Shown here piece after piece: positions 1 through 13,000 of a stretch of DNA of 64,000 nucleotides. Below the pieces are notes generated by a model. The model worked only from the letters and a program-made list of their open reading frames with translations, did not search any database and was not told where the DNA came from. Within the stretch, counting starts at the first letter, position 1. Each line of letters opens with the position of its first letter. Source of the DNA: Paragordius varius (taxonomy: Eukaryota > Animalia > Nematomorpha); assembly GCA_964247055.1 (NCBI GenBank), contig OZ176051.1, positions 4,092,001 to 4,156,000 on the forward strand. The letters run 5' to 3'. Position numbers and translations under genes: made by a program.

Positions 1-3000
1 TATCTATCATATGCATAGCATGTTAAAAGATATATGGATATTAATACATTATTTATCCTCATCTATATATTTATAAAAATGGAAAATGCTGGCTTTGTGA
101 TCTGGTACAGGAAAACCGGTAGACCCAATCAAATCCAAATATCGAAAAAATATAATCATTAATAAATGTCCCGACAATAGCTTCGCCCTTTTTTTGAAAT
201 AGGCCTCCAGTTCGGGCCCACCCCGTATGAAAAACGGGTTTTTTTTAAAAAACAGAAGTCCACAAAAATCGTGTCTTTGAGACAATTTTCCGGAGAACGT
301 GTTGGACCATTCAATTTCAAATATGATTATTGTTTACTTATTTTCGATTGCGCCGAACATAGCCGAGCCACTTTTTTGATTTAGGCCCTCTTTTTACCCG
401 CTCCCCCCGTAAAATGCCACCTTTTTCAAAAAACAAAGTCCACAAAAATAATTTTTTAAATCGATTATTCGCCCTAGGTATGAGACCGTAAAAATTCTAT
501 ATGGATTCCACGTATTCCCTGTTAAAAGGCAAAAATTTAAGTCTACCGTTTATTTGATGATAGCTGCTGGGTAAGGAGCTACCCGCTAAAAACTGATTTT
601 TCATATAACTTTGTGATCTGTTTCCGGAAAACCGGTGAACCCAATCAAATCCAAACATCGAAAAAATTTAATCATTAATGAATGCCCCGACAATAGCTTC
701 GCCCTTTTTTGGAATTAGGTCCCCAGTTTGGGCCCACCCCGTGTGAAAAATGGGTTAAGTCAATTTTTTGGAGAACGTGTTGGACCATTCAATTTCAAAT
801 ATGATTTTTGTTTACTTATTTTTGATCGCGCTGAACATAGTCGACTCACTTTTTTGATTTGGGCCCTCTTTTTACCCGCTACCCCCGTAAAATGCCATTT
901 CTTTCAAAAAAAAAAACAAAGTCCACAAAAATATTTTTTTGATTGTATTTTTTTGCCCATGGTATGAGACTGTAAAAATTCGAGAAAGATTTTTCGTATT
1001 GCCTGTTAAAAGGCAAAAATTTTAGTCAAGCGTTTCCTTGATGATAGATGCTGAGTAAGGAGTATCTATCATATGCATAGCATGTTAAAAGATATATGGA
1101 TATTAATACATTATTTATCCTCATCTATATATTTATAAAAATGGAAAATGCTGGCTTTGTGATCTGGTACAGGAAAACCGGTAGACCCAATCAAATCCAA
1201 ATATCGAAAAAATATAATCATTAATAAATGTCCCGACAATAGCTTCGCCCTTTTTTTGAAATAGGCCTCCAGTTCGGGCCCACCCCGTATGAAAAACGGG
1301 TTTTTTTTAAAAAACAGAAGTCCACAAAAATCGTGTCTTTGAGACAATTTTCCGGAGAACGTGTTGGACCATTCAATTTCAAATATGATTTTTGTTTACT
1401 TATTTTTGATCGCGCTGAACATAGTCGACTCACTTTTTTGATTTGGGCCCTCTTTTTACCCGCTACCCCCGTAAAATGCCATTTCTTTCAAAAAAAAAAC
1501 AAAGTCCACAAAAATATTTTTTTGATTGTATTTTTTTGCCCATGGTATGAGACTGTAAAAATTCGAGAAAGATTTTTCGTATTGCCTGTTAAAAGGCAAA
1601 AATTTTAGTCAAGCGTTTCCTTGATGATAGATGCTGAGTAAGGAGTATCTATCATATGCATAGCATGTTAAAAGATATATGGATATTAATACATTATTTA
1701 TCCTCATCTATATATTTATAAAAATGGAAAATGCTGGCTTTGTGATCTGGTACAGGAAAACCGGTAGACCCAATCAAATCCAAATATCGAAAAAATATAA
1801 TCATTAATAAATGTCCCGACAATAGCTTCGCCCTTTTTTTGAAATAGGCCTCCAGTTCGGGCCCACCCCGTATGAAAAACGGGTTTTTTTTAAAAAACAG
1901 AAGTCCACAAAAATCGTGTCTTTGAGACAATTTTCCGGAGAACGTGTTGGACCATTCAATTTCAAATATAATTTTTGTTTACTTATTTTCGATTGCGCCG
2001 AACATAGTCGAGCCACATTTTTGATTTAGGCCCTCTTTTTACCCGCTCCCCCCGTAAAATGCCATTTTTTTCAAAAAACAAAGTCCACAAAAATAATTTT
2101 CTATATCGATTTTTCGCCCTAGGTATGAGACCGTAAAAATTCAATAAAGATTCCACGTATTCCCTGTTAAAAGGCAAAAATTTTAGTCCACCGTTTATTT
2201 GATGATAGCTGCTGGGTAGGGAGCTACCCGCTAAAAACTGATTTTTCATATAACTTTGTGAACTGTTTCCGGAAAACCGGTGATCCCAATCAAATCCAAA
2301 TATCGAAAAAATATAATCATTAATGAATGCCCCGACAATAGCTTCGCCCTTTTTTGGAATTAGGTCCCCAGTTCGGGCCCACCCCGTGTGAAAATTGGGT
2401 TAAGTCAATTTTTTGGAGAACGTGTAGGACCATTCAATTTCAAATATGATTTTTGTTTACTTATTTTCGATTGCGCTGAACATAGCCGAGCCACTTTTTT
2501 GATTTAGGCCCTCTTTTTACCCGCTCCCCCCGTAAAATGCCATTTTTTTCAAAAAACAAAGTCCACAGAAATATTTGTAAATCGATTTTTCGCCTTAGGT
2601 ATGAGACCGTAAAAATTCAATAAAGATTCCACGTATTCCCTGTTAAAAGGCAAAAATTTTAGTCCACCGTTTATTTGATGATAGCTGCTGGGTAGGGAGC
2701 TACCCGCTAAAAACTGATTTTTCATATAACTTTGTGATCTGTTTCCGGAAAACCGGTGATCCCAATCAAATCCAAATATCGAAAAAACATAATCATTAAT
2801 GAATGCCCCGACAATAGCTTCGCCCTTTTTGGAATTAGGTCCCCAGTTTGGGCCCACCCCGTGTGAAAAATGGGTTAAGTCAATTTTTTGGAGAACGTGT
2901 TGGACCATTCAATTTTAAATATGATTTTTGTTTACTTATTTTTGATCGCGCTGAACATAGTCGAGTCACTTTTTTGATTTAGGCCCTCTTTTTACCCGCT

Positions 3001-6000
3001 ACCCCCGTAAAATGCCATTTTTTTCAAAAAACAAAGTCCACAGAAATATTTGTAAATCGATTTTTCGCCTTAGGTATGAGACCGTAAGAATTCAATAAAG
3101 ATTCCACGTATTCCCTGTTAAAAGGCAAAAATTTTAGTCCACCGTTTATTTGATGATAGCTGCTGGGTAAGGAGCTACCCGCTAAATATGGATATTAAAA
3201 CATTATTTATGGTAATCTATATATTTATAAAAATGGAAAATGCTGGCTTTGTGATCTGGTACAGGAAAACCGGTAGACCCATTCAAATCCAAACTTCGAA
3301 CCCCCCCCCCCCCCCCCCCCCCCCAGAAGTCCGAAGGACTTCCTCGGGCTGCGTAGCAGCACGACCCCCGTAAAATGCCATTTCTTTCAAAAAAAAAAAC
3401 AAAGTCCACAAAAATATTTTTTTGATTGTATTTTTTTGCCCATGGTATGAGACTGTAAAAATTCGAGAAAGATTTTTCGTATTGCCTGTTAAAAGGCAAA
3501 AATTTTAGTCAAGCGTTTCCTTGATGATAGATGCTGAGTAAGGAGTATCTATCATATGCATAGCATGTTAAAAGATATATGGATATTAATACATTATTTA
3601 TCCTCATCTATATATTTATAAAAATGGAAAATGCTGGCTTTGTGATCTGGTACAGGAAAACCGGTAGACCCAATCAAATCCAAATATCGAAAAAATATAA
3701 TCATTAATAAATGTCCCGACAATAGCTTCGCCCTTTTTTTGAAATAGGCCTCCAGTTCGGGCCCACCCCGTATGAAAAACGGGTTTTTTTTAAAAAACAG
3801 AAGTCCACAAAAATCGTGTCTTTGAGACAATTTTCCGGAGAACGTGTTGGACCATTCAATTTCAAATATGATTATTGTTTACTTATTTTCGATTGCGCCG
3901 AACATAGCCGAGCCACTTTTTTGATTTAGGCCCTCTTTTTACCCGCTCCCCCCGTAAAATGCCACCTTTTTCAAAAAACAAAGTCCACAAAAATAATTTT
4001 TTAAATCGATTATTCGCCCTAGGTATGAGACCGTAAAAATTCTATATGGATTCCACGTATTCCCTGTTAAAAGGCAAAAATTTAAGTCTACCGTTTATTT
4101 GATGATAGCTGCTGGGTAAGGAGCTACCCGCTAAAAACTGATTTTTCATATAACTTTGTGATCTGTTTCCGGAAAACCGGTGAACCCAATCAAATCCAAA
4201 CATCGAAAAAATTTAATCATTAATGAATGCCCCGACAATAGCTTCGCCCTTTTTTGGAATTAGGTCCCCAGTTTGGGCCCACCCCGTGTGAAAAATGGGT
4301 TAAGTCAATTTTTTGGAGAACGTGTTGGACCATTCAATTTCAAATATGATTTTTGTTTACTTATTTTTGATCGCGCTGAACATAGTCGACTCACTTTTTT
4401 GATTTGGGCCCTCTTTTTACCCGCTACCCCCGTAAAATGCCATTTCTTTCAAAAAAAAAAACAAAGTCCACAAAAATATTTTTTTGATTGTATTTTTTTG
4501 CCCATGGTATGAGACTGTAAAAATTCGAGAAAGATTTTTCGTATTGCCTGTTAAAAGGCAAAAATTTTAGTCAAGCGTTTCCTTGATGATAGATGCTGAG
4601 TAAGGAGTATCTATCATATGCATAGCATGTTAAAAGATATATGGATATTAATACATTATTTATCCTCATCTATATATTTATAAAAATGGAAAATGCTGGC
4701 TTTGTGATCTGGTACAGGAAAACCGGTAGACCCAATCAAATCCAAATATCGAAAAAATATAATCATTAATAAATGTCCCGACAATAGCTTCGCCCTTTTT
4801 TTGAAATAGGCCTCCAGTTCGGGCCCACCCCGTATGAAAAACGGGTTTTTTTTAAAAAACAGAAGTCCACAAAAATCGTGTCTTTGAGACAATTTTCCGG
4901 AGAACGTGTTGGACCATTCAATTTCAAATATGATTTTTGTTTACTTATTTTTGATCGCGCTGAACATAGTCGACTCACTTTTTTGATTTGGGCCCTCTTT
5001 TTACCCGCTACCCCCGTAAAATGCCATTTCTTTCAAAAAAAAAACAAAGTCCACAAAAATATTTTTTTGATTGTATTTTTTTGCCCATGGTATGAGACTG
5101 TAAAAATTCGAGAAAGATTTTTCGTATTGCCTGTTAAAAGGCAAAAATTTTAGTCAAGCGTTTCCTTGATGATAGATGCTGAGTAAGGAGTATCTATCAT
5201 ATGCATAGCATGTTAAAAGATATATGGATATTAATACATTATTTATCCTCATCTATATATTTATAAAAATGGAAAATGCTGGCTTTGTGATCTGGTACAG
5301 GAAAACCGGTAGACCCAATCAAATCCAAATATCGAAAAAATATAATCATTAATAAATGTCCCGACAATAGCTTCGCCCTTTTTTTGAAATAGGCCTCCAG
5401 TTCGGGCCCACCCCGTATGAAAAACGGGTTTTTTTTAAAAAACAGAAGTCCACAAAAATCGTGTCTTTGAGACAATTTTCCGGAGAACGTGTTGGACCAT
5501 TCAATTTCAAATATAATTTTTGTTTACTTATTTTCGATTGCGCCGAACATAGTCGAGCCACATTTTTGATTTAGGCCCTCTTTTTACCCGCTCCCCCCGT
5601 AAAATGCCATTTTTTTCAAAAAACAAAGTCCACAAAAATAATTTTCTATATCGATTTTTCGCCCTAGGTATGAGACCGTAAAAATTCAATAAAGATTCCA
5701 CGTATTCCCTGTTAAAAGGCAAAAATTTTAGTCCACCGTTTATTTGATGATAGCTGCTGGGTAGGGAGCTACCCGCTAAAAACTGATTTTTCATATAACT
5801 TTGTGAACTGTTTCCGGAAAACCGGTGATCCCAATCAAATCCAAATATCGAAAAAATATAATCATTAATGAATGCCCCGACAATAGCTTCGCCCTTTTTT
5901 GGAATTAGGTCCCCAGTTCGGGCCCACCCCGTGTGAAAATTGGGTTAAGTCAATTTTTTGGAGAACGTGTAGGACCATTCAATTTCAAATATGATTTTTG

Positions 6001-6914
6001 TTTACTTATTTTCGATTGCGCTGAACATAGCCGAGCCACTTTTTTGATTTAGGCCCTCTTTTTACCCGCTCCCCCCGTAAAATGCCATTTTTTTCAAAAA
6101 ACAAAGTCCACAGAAATATTTGTAAATCGATTTTTCGCCTTAGGTATGAGACCGTAAAAATTCAATAAAGATTCCACGTATTCCCTGTTAAAAGGCAAAA
6201 ATTTTAGTCCACCGTTTATTTGATGATAGCTGCTGGGTAGGGAGCTACCCGCTAAAAACTGATTTTTCATATAACTTTGTGATCTGTTTCCGGAAAACCG
6301 GTGATCCCAATCAAATCCAAATATCGAAAAAACATAATCATTAATGAATGCCCCGACAATAGCTTCGCCCTTTTTTGGAATTAGGTCCCCAGTTTGGGCC
6401 CACCCCGTGTGAAAAATGGGTTAAGTCAATTTTTTGGAGAACGTGTTGGACCATTCAATTTTAAATATGATTTTTGTTTACTTATTTTTGATCGCGCTGA
6501 ACATAGTCGAGTCACTTTTTTGATTTAGGCCCTCTTTTTACCCGCTACCCCCGTAAAATGCCATTTTTTTCAAAAAACAAAGTCCACAGAAATATTTGTA
6601 AATCGATTTTTCGCCTTAGGTATGAGACCGTAAGAATTCAATAAAGATTCCACGTATTCCCTGTTAAAAGGCAAAAATTTTAGTCCACCGTTTATTTGAT
6701 GATAGCTGCTGGGTAAGGAGCTACCCGCTAAATATGGATATTAAAACATTATTTATGGTAATCTATATATTTATAAAAATGGAAAATGCTGGCTTTGTGA
6801 TCTGGTACAGGAAAACCGGTAGACCCATTCAAATCCAAACTTCGAACCCCCCCCCCCCCCCCAGAAGTCCGAAGGACTTCCTCGGGCTGCGTAGCAGCAC
6901 GAGATTCACGCTAG
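1..6914 (+). repeat. Higher-order tandem array (3545-bp period, 7 monomers of about 390-580 bp) derived from a non-autonomous Helitron
   Basis: The anchor motif GGAAAACCGGT recurs at about 111, 626, 1173, 1756, 2272, 2749 and 3264, then again about 3545 bp later (3656, 4171, 4718, 5301, 5817, 6294, 6810). Identical spurious ORFs recur at a +3545 offset (49/3594, 1111/4656, 1694/5239). The array runs off the left window edge and ends in hairpin+CTAG at 6911-6914. Confidence 0.95.
6762..6914 (+). mobile_element. 153-bp minimal non-autonomous Helitron terminating the array
   Basis: a|TCTATATATTTATAAAAATGG ... C16 - GAAGTCC-GAA-GGACTTC - CTCGGGCTGC-GTA-GCAGCACGAG - ATTCACG-CTAG|t. This shows a 5' TC, a subterminal hairpin, a 3' CTAG and an A/T target with no TSD, which is the canonical Helitron end signature. 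Confidence 0.8.
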
Positions 6915-7027
6915 TATGTTTATAATTATTAATATATATAAATAAATTTAATCAACCCTATACACTTTTGTATTTTAAATTTTTTAATGATAATTTGATT
7001 TTTTTAAATGTGCCCCTTTTTATATAG

Positions 7028-10000
7028 ATCTACCGTTAAAGAAGAATGTGTAGTGTTTGAGAATTTAGAACAAATGCACAGTAATATAGTACAATCAGAT
7101 GATGATAGTAAACCACTATTAATACAGACCCAAAATAATTTAATGTAAAGAGTTAATTTATATTTTTTTTTAATTTTAAAAATTTACTTTTTAAAAATAT
7201 TTTTTTAACAAACAATTTAGTCATGAGAATTCAAATGGTACTATTGAAAATAATAAGAATGAAAAGGAAACGAATTCGAATGATTCTATTGTTCGAAAAA
7301 GAGGCCGGAAAAAGTATATAGTTTTTTTGTTTTTTGGAAAAAAAATATTTATTTTTTCAATTAAATTATTTTTCAATATGATAAATAAATTAATTCTTAT
7401 AAATTTAAATTAATTCCGACATAAATCATGTTTGATGTATAAATGTTTAATCTGCATAAAATAATTTTTTTACGAATTTTACATCAAACTATTTTATATA
7501 TCAAATTTTATCAAGAATATTTTTTAAAAAATTTGTATTAGATCCAAAGTTATACCATTAGAAATTCCAGCTACCAATGTTGATGTAAATGATACAATAA
7601 ATAATGAGAATAATACAATTTTTAACCCTCTAAACAGTTTACGGAAAAGAGGTCGCCCCAAGTATTTATTTATTTATTTGTTAACTATTATTTTTTTGAT
7701 GAATAAAATTTGTGCAATTAACATATTTTAAATATAACTGTAATATATTGACAAAAGTTATTTAAATTTATTGTTTTTTGATTTTGTATAAATAATATTA
7801 AGTTTAGTAGTTTTTAATTTAAACAGTTTTTTATGTATAAAAGCAATGAATGTTTTTGATATATTATCAATTAAGTTTTTGGCTTCAATTAGTGTCAAAA
7901 ATATTATTTTATTAGGAATTGAATTTATAATGAGGCGAAAACACAGAGTTAAATCTTTTATAATAAAAATTTGTTTATTTAATCACATAACAAAAAAATT
8001 ATAATTTCATTTAGAGAGATTTCGTTGTTTTATTAATACGGTGTTTGCCAAATTTTATAATTTTATAAGGTTTAATTAACTATTATACCCAGCAAATAAT
8101 TTTTTTCAGAGTTAATCAATCCAAATAATGTATACAAATTCAGGGTAGTTTATTTGTTAAAATATTAAATCATTTTTATTATTATGTTCCTTTATATAAT
8201 TTTAAAATAAGTTCAACTGAAGCCAACCGTGATAATAAATTACGATTTCATTGCAAAAACCCCAAAATAGATGATTATTATCAAGTAACTTTTTTTTCAT
8301 TATTTAGCTTTAGTTTTAACCTTAATTAACCCAAAAATTTTATCATCTTTTGTGTTTTATTAGATGAGATTTGCAAATTTAAAACTTTTACATTGCATAA
8401 TATGCAAAAACGATTTAGACACCTTACCTAATCTACTCAAACATGCAAAAACCTGTACTAAAGCGGTATCTCTTTCAATATATTTTTTAACTTTAATTTA
8501 ATATAAATTTTAAATTGAATAGTTTTCTGCTATGATTTTTTTAGATTTTATGTGAATTGTGTAAAAATATTGAAACAAATTGGCAACCAGCAGAATTCCT
8601 TAATCACATCCTAAAACAACACAACGGACTGGTATTTACTTTTTTGTTTGAATTTTATAAAACTAAAGTTGTTAAATAACTATATATATGGACTTCAACA
8701 TTATAAAATTTATTGTTTAAAAATGTTATACTTTATATTGTGAAAGGTCAAATTAATAAAATTTGTATTAATTCCTTATGGTTGATACATATACATAATT
8801 AGTTACTAATTTATATTGATTTAAATTATAATGGAAGATTTCAATAATTATGGTGCAGGAATATTTGTAATATTTAATTGCTATAGTTTGATAAAATCTT
8901 AATTATACACTAATCTTGAAACAAATTTAGGATTATTAATACAATTTTTTGACGAAATTGCTTTGCATAGAAAAAAACTAAAATATGTGAAACTGATCAA
9001 AATACTTTTAAGCACAATTTGCCTTTAAAATAAAATCATTGAAGGTATACGGATAAAATGTTAATATAAAAATAAATATTTTGTTATGAATAATCTTATT
9101 TTTTAACCTTAATTTTTTCTGTATAAATTATTTAATTTTAAATGTAAAATACATGGATTGATTTCATTACCAATATACATTTCTACATACTTTACAACTA
9201 TGAAAATATGAGTATGGTTAAAAAATTAATTTTAAAAAGGTACTGCAGTGATTTGAAAAAACATTATTTATCATTATATTTTCACGTTTTTTCCCGTATG
9301 GTTTTTAATTTTTCCGTATAGTTTTAATATGTTTATGCTTTATAAATTAATATTGTAGGATTTCATACCAGACTACAGCAAATTCGATGATTATACCGAT
9401 TTTTGGTGGCATTTATATAAATCCTTGGGTAATGCGCTACGATGTTTCGATACTGTTGAGTGTGGAAAATCTTTTTCAACTTTCCAGGGATTCGCATATC
9501 ACTGTAAACATTGTCCAAAGTTAACGGACCGTACCCCCAACATAAGGGATATCATGAAGAATTTAATCAGTACAACCAATGATTCACATTTACATTTATT
9601 GGTACAGGTATGTGTGTTAGTTATTTGGAAACTAATTGGAGTTTTTTTGAAAATATTTTATCTTAAAAAGTAAAAAAACTAACTTTATTTTTGAAAAAAA
9701 ACCATTTTTTATCTTGATTAGTCCTCTTATTTAGATAGACAATACATAATACCATATTTCATTATCAGGGGGAACTATATATATATTTTAATTAGTTTTT
9801 ATACAGTAAAAATAAAATTTTAAAGACAAAATATGAAAAGTACAATTTTTTAGTTTAAAAAAAATATATTAAAATCTCCTTGATTTTTTCAATATATACT
9901 AAGTTGGATTTCGAAATAAGAAATGTAAATTGATGAGGCATTAAAATATGTTTTCCTGTACGCAAAAAATAACTTATATATTTTTATCTTGTTTTATCAT

Positions 10001-13000
10001 TATAATTTAAATTTTCGATTACATTAATTTTGCAATTATCATGATAATTAGGGTCATTTATGGTTATCGCTAAACAATTGCTTGATATGTTACAAAAAAT
10101 TTGATCCTAAAGATCTATCAACTCATATGAAAGAATGTCCGACTAATGTAAGAATTTTTCTTAAAAAAATTTAGTTAAAATATTAATTAATTACCCAAAT
10201 TTATTGTTCTCTTTTCTAGAGTATTATATGCTTACTCTGTCCCGCACTCCAATTCACAGATTTGAATGAAAAATGCCAACATTTGTTAACCGTTCATAAT
10301 GGTTTGGTATGATATCCTTATTTTATTCTTAAATATTGAAAATGTAAACTTTTACTTAATGGTTTTTTACCTTTATATATAAAATAAATTAAATAATATA
10401 ATGAACGCGTTAATTTAAAGTGTTTTATAGCGGATGCTTGTTTATATGTTAAAACCTATTATTTGATAAAATAACATTTTTCATACTATTTTAGGATTTA
10501 TAATGCTTATTATACCGGTAACCCCATTTAATCTATGGTATGAACTTTCTCATTAATGAACAGATTTTTTATAATTTTCGAGAATCAGTCATAAATGTTT
10601 TATAGCAGTGGTTCCCAAAGGGGGGGGGGGAATTTTGAAAATTCAATTCAAAGATAAAAATAGAAAGAAATTTAAGGTTAATGAGGATATCAGGTGAAAA
10701 TTATTAAGATTTGTCACCAACAATTGCAAATAAAATGATCTTATTGATTACGATTTTTATAATATAATAAATTTTGTATTTCTATCATGTTTTTTTGGAG
10801 GAAGGGGGGCGCACAAATTATTTTTTAATTTGGTGGGGCGTGAACAAATAAAGTTGGGAACCACTGTTTTTTTTATAGGATAATCAACCTATCATAATTT
10901 GAAAAATGCCCTTTGAAAAAGCACATAATTTTACGAAAATGGGATCTCCTTATATTTAAAAGTTTTTGATTGGAATTAGAACAAATAATTTTCTGCATAA
11001 ACAGTAAAGCCAAACTGATAATTTTAAATCAGGCTTCTTAAAAGACTTTTGAAAGCTTGTATAAAATATTAAACTTTTTGGCTGATAGTGTAAAGAAGAA
11101 ATAGCTCTACTTTTTAACTATAATTATATAATTTTTTTATTATAAAGTCATCAGCTATTTAAATCATTTATGCAATATAATTTACACATTTCTTTGCATT
11201 TCAGGAAAAACGATTAGATATTGATACGCTAGAACGAAACGAAAGACGTTTTATTGAAAATTTGATCGATAAAACAAGTCAAAGCTTTGCCTGTCTCTTT
11301 TTTCCACAATGTACAAAAACTTTTACAACTTTTATGGGTTGGAATTATCATACTACTCATTGCAAATATTATGTCCTTGCTCAGGAAAATTTGTGTCAAA
11401 CAGGTTTAAATTTTGAATTTATTATAAATTTGATTTTTAAAGTTTTTTAGGATTGATATATATTTACTTAATTAGTACAGTAAAAATTGAAAATATACAG
11501 TAAAATTTAAAAGATAAATATAATTTAAAAAAATAAAGCATATATAAACCTTGATATTTTCACTATTAACTATGTAATCACAAATTTCAAAAAAATTTAA
11601 TTTTTTATCAATATTTATGTACTAATTTTTTTAGTATCGATTTACAATTACATAATAAATGCTAAAACTTTATTTGTAGAAATGCCTATAATACATGATG
11701 CACAAAACGATAATATTCATATTATTGACGACAAAAATGAATCAAATAATAGTAACACTAGAAGGAGTAAAATAAATGCCAGCAAAATTTTACAAAAATG
11801 GATGGCTAATGAAGATGAAATGTATAATGCTTATTTATTTTGTATATAAATTACAGTTAAAATTGAAATTATACGGACAAAACGTGAAAATATAAAGACA
11901 AATATTTTTATCTAAAAGACAACCAACCACACTTTTTAAATCTAGATTTATATCAATATAACTCATTGTTTTATATGGCAAAGTGTGAAATAGAGATATA
12001 TAATACTAACACAATCAATACTATATTTTACAATTGTAACTAAGTAAGTATTTTATATGGGAAACATTAAGGTTTGAAAGTGTGGTTGTTTTTTAAATAA
12101 AAATATTTGTCGTTATATATTCACGTTTTGTCCGTATAATTTTAATTTTTACTGTAATTTTTTGAAGTTATTAGGTAAAAAGTTTTAAACCTTTTATGAC
12201 TAGTTGTAGCTTTTGCTCTAGAAATGCTATGTTTTATTGCATTATAATACTTTATTTTCATTATTGTAAAAATAAATTTCGATACCAGCATTTAAAGTTA
12301 ACTATTATGCCAAATTTTAATTGGATTATGAATAATAATTAATTTTGCACTATAAAATTAATAGATAATGAGTTTTATTACTTTTTTGATGTATTTATCA
12401 GTTATATGATATTTTATATTTTTATTTTTTAAGAATCATAATTATTTTATAAAAAATACAGTAAAATTTGAAATTATAATGACAAAATGGAAAAATAAAA
12501 AACTGATATTTTTTATAAAGACAGGCTATTTTTCTAACTTTGATTTTTGATTTAAAATGCTATCACCCTCAATTATATTTTATTCTTATAATCATTTATG
12601 TTATATAGAAAAATATTTTAAAGCCCTGAAAAGTATGGTTGTAATCTATATAAAAAAAGTAATATTTACAAAATTTCAATAATATATAAATTGTTTAAGA
12701 GCCAAAGAATTGAACGAAAATGCCCCAAATCATAAATCATTGCCCGTTCGTCAAAAGAAAAAAAGACAACAAAATGGTCATCAAGATTCAGATTCTGATT
12801 TTGAAAACGAACTAGTAGGGAATAAACTAGAATCTGAAATTGAACAAAGTAGTTCAACCATAAATTTGACAAGCGAATCCGAAACTGAGTTAAATGTCTC
12901 ATCAGGTTCATTCCATGAAACGATAACATCACCTCAAAAAAAATTATCTTATATATCAATCGACAAAACTGATGATATAAATGGAAGTGGGGTAAATAAT

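Noticed and set aside
1-6914. CRISPR-like or prokaryotic repeat array
   Set aside because: Units are about 500 bp with no unique spacers, and the context is a spliced eukaryotic genome.
49-6925. Repeated 60-120 aa ORFs in the array and its dispersed copies (e.g. MSQRHDFCG..., MKNQFLAGSS...)
   Set aside because: They occur on both strands, vary by homopolymer frameshifts between monomers, and show no Rep/helicase or other domain motifs. They are by-products of the repeat.
8110-8144. Candidate micro-exon of the zinc-finger gene
   Set aside because: Its phases are incompatible with flanking exons, while 7661 to 8212 splices in frame without it.
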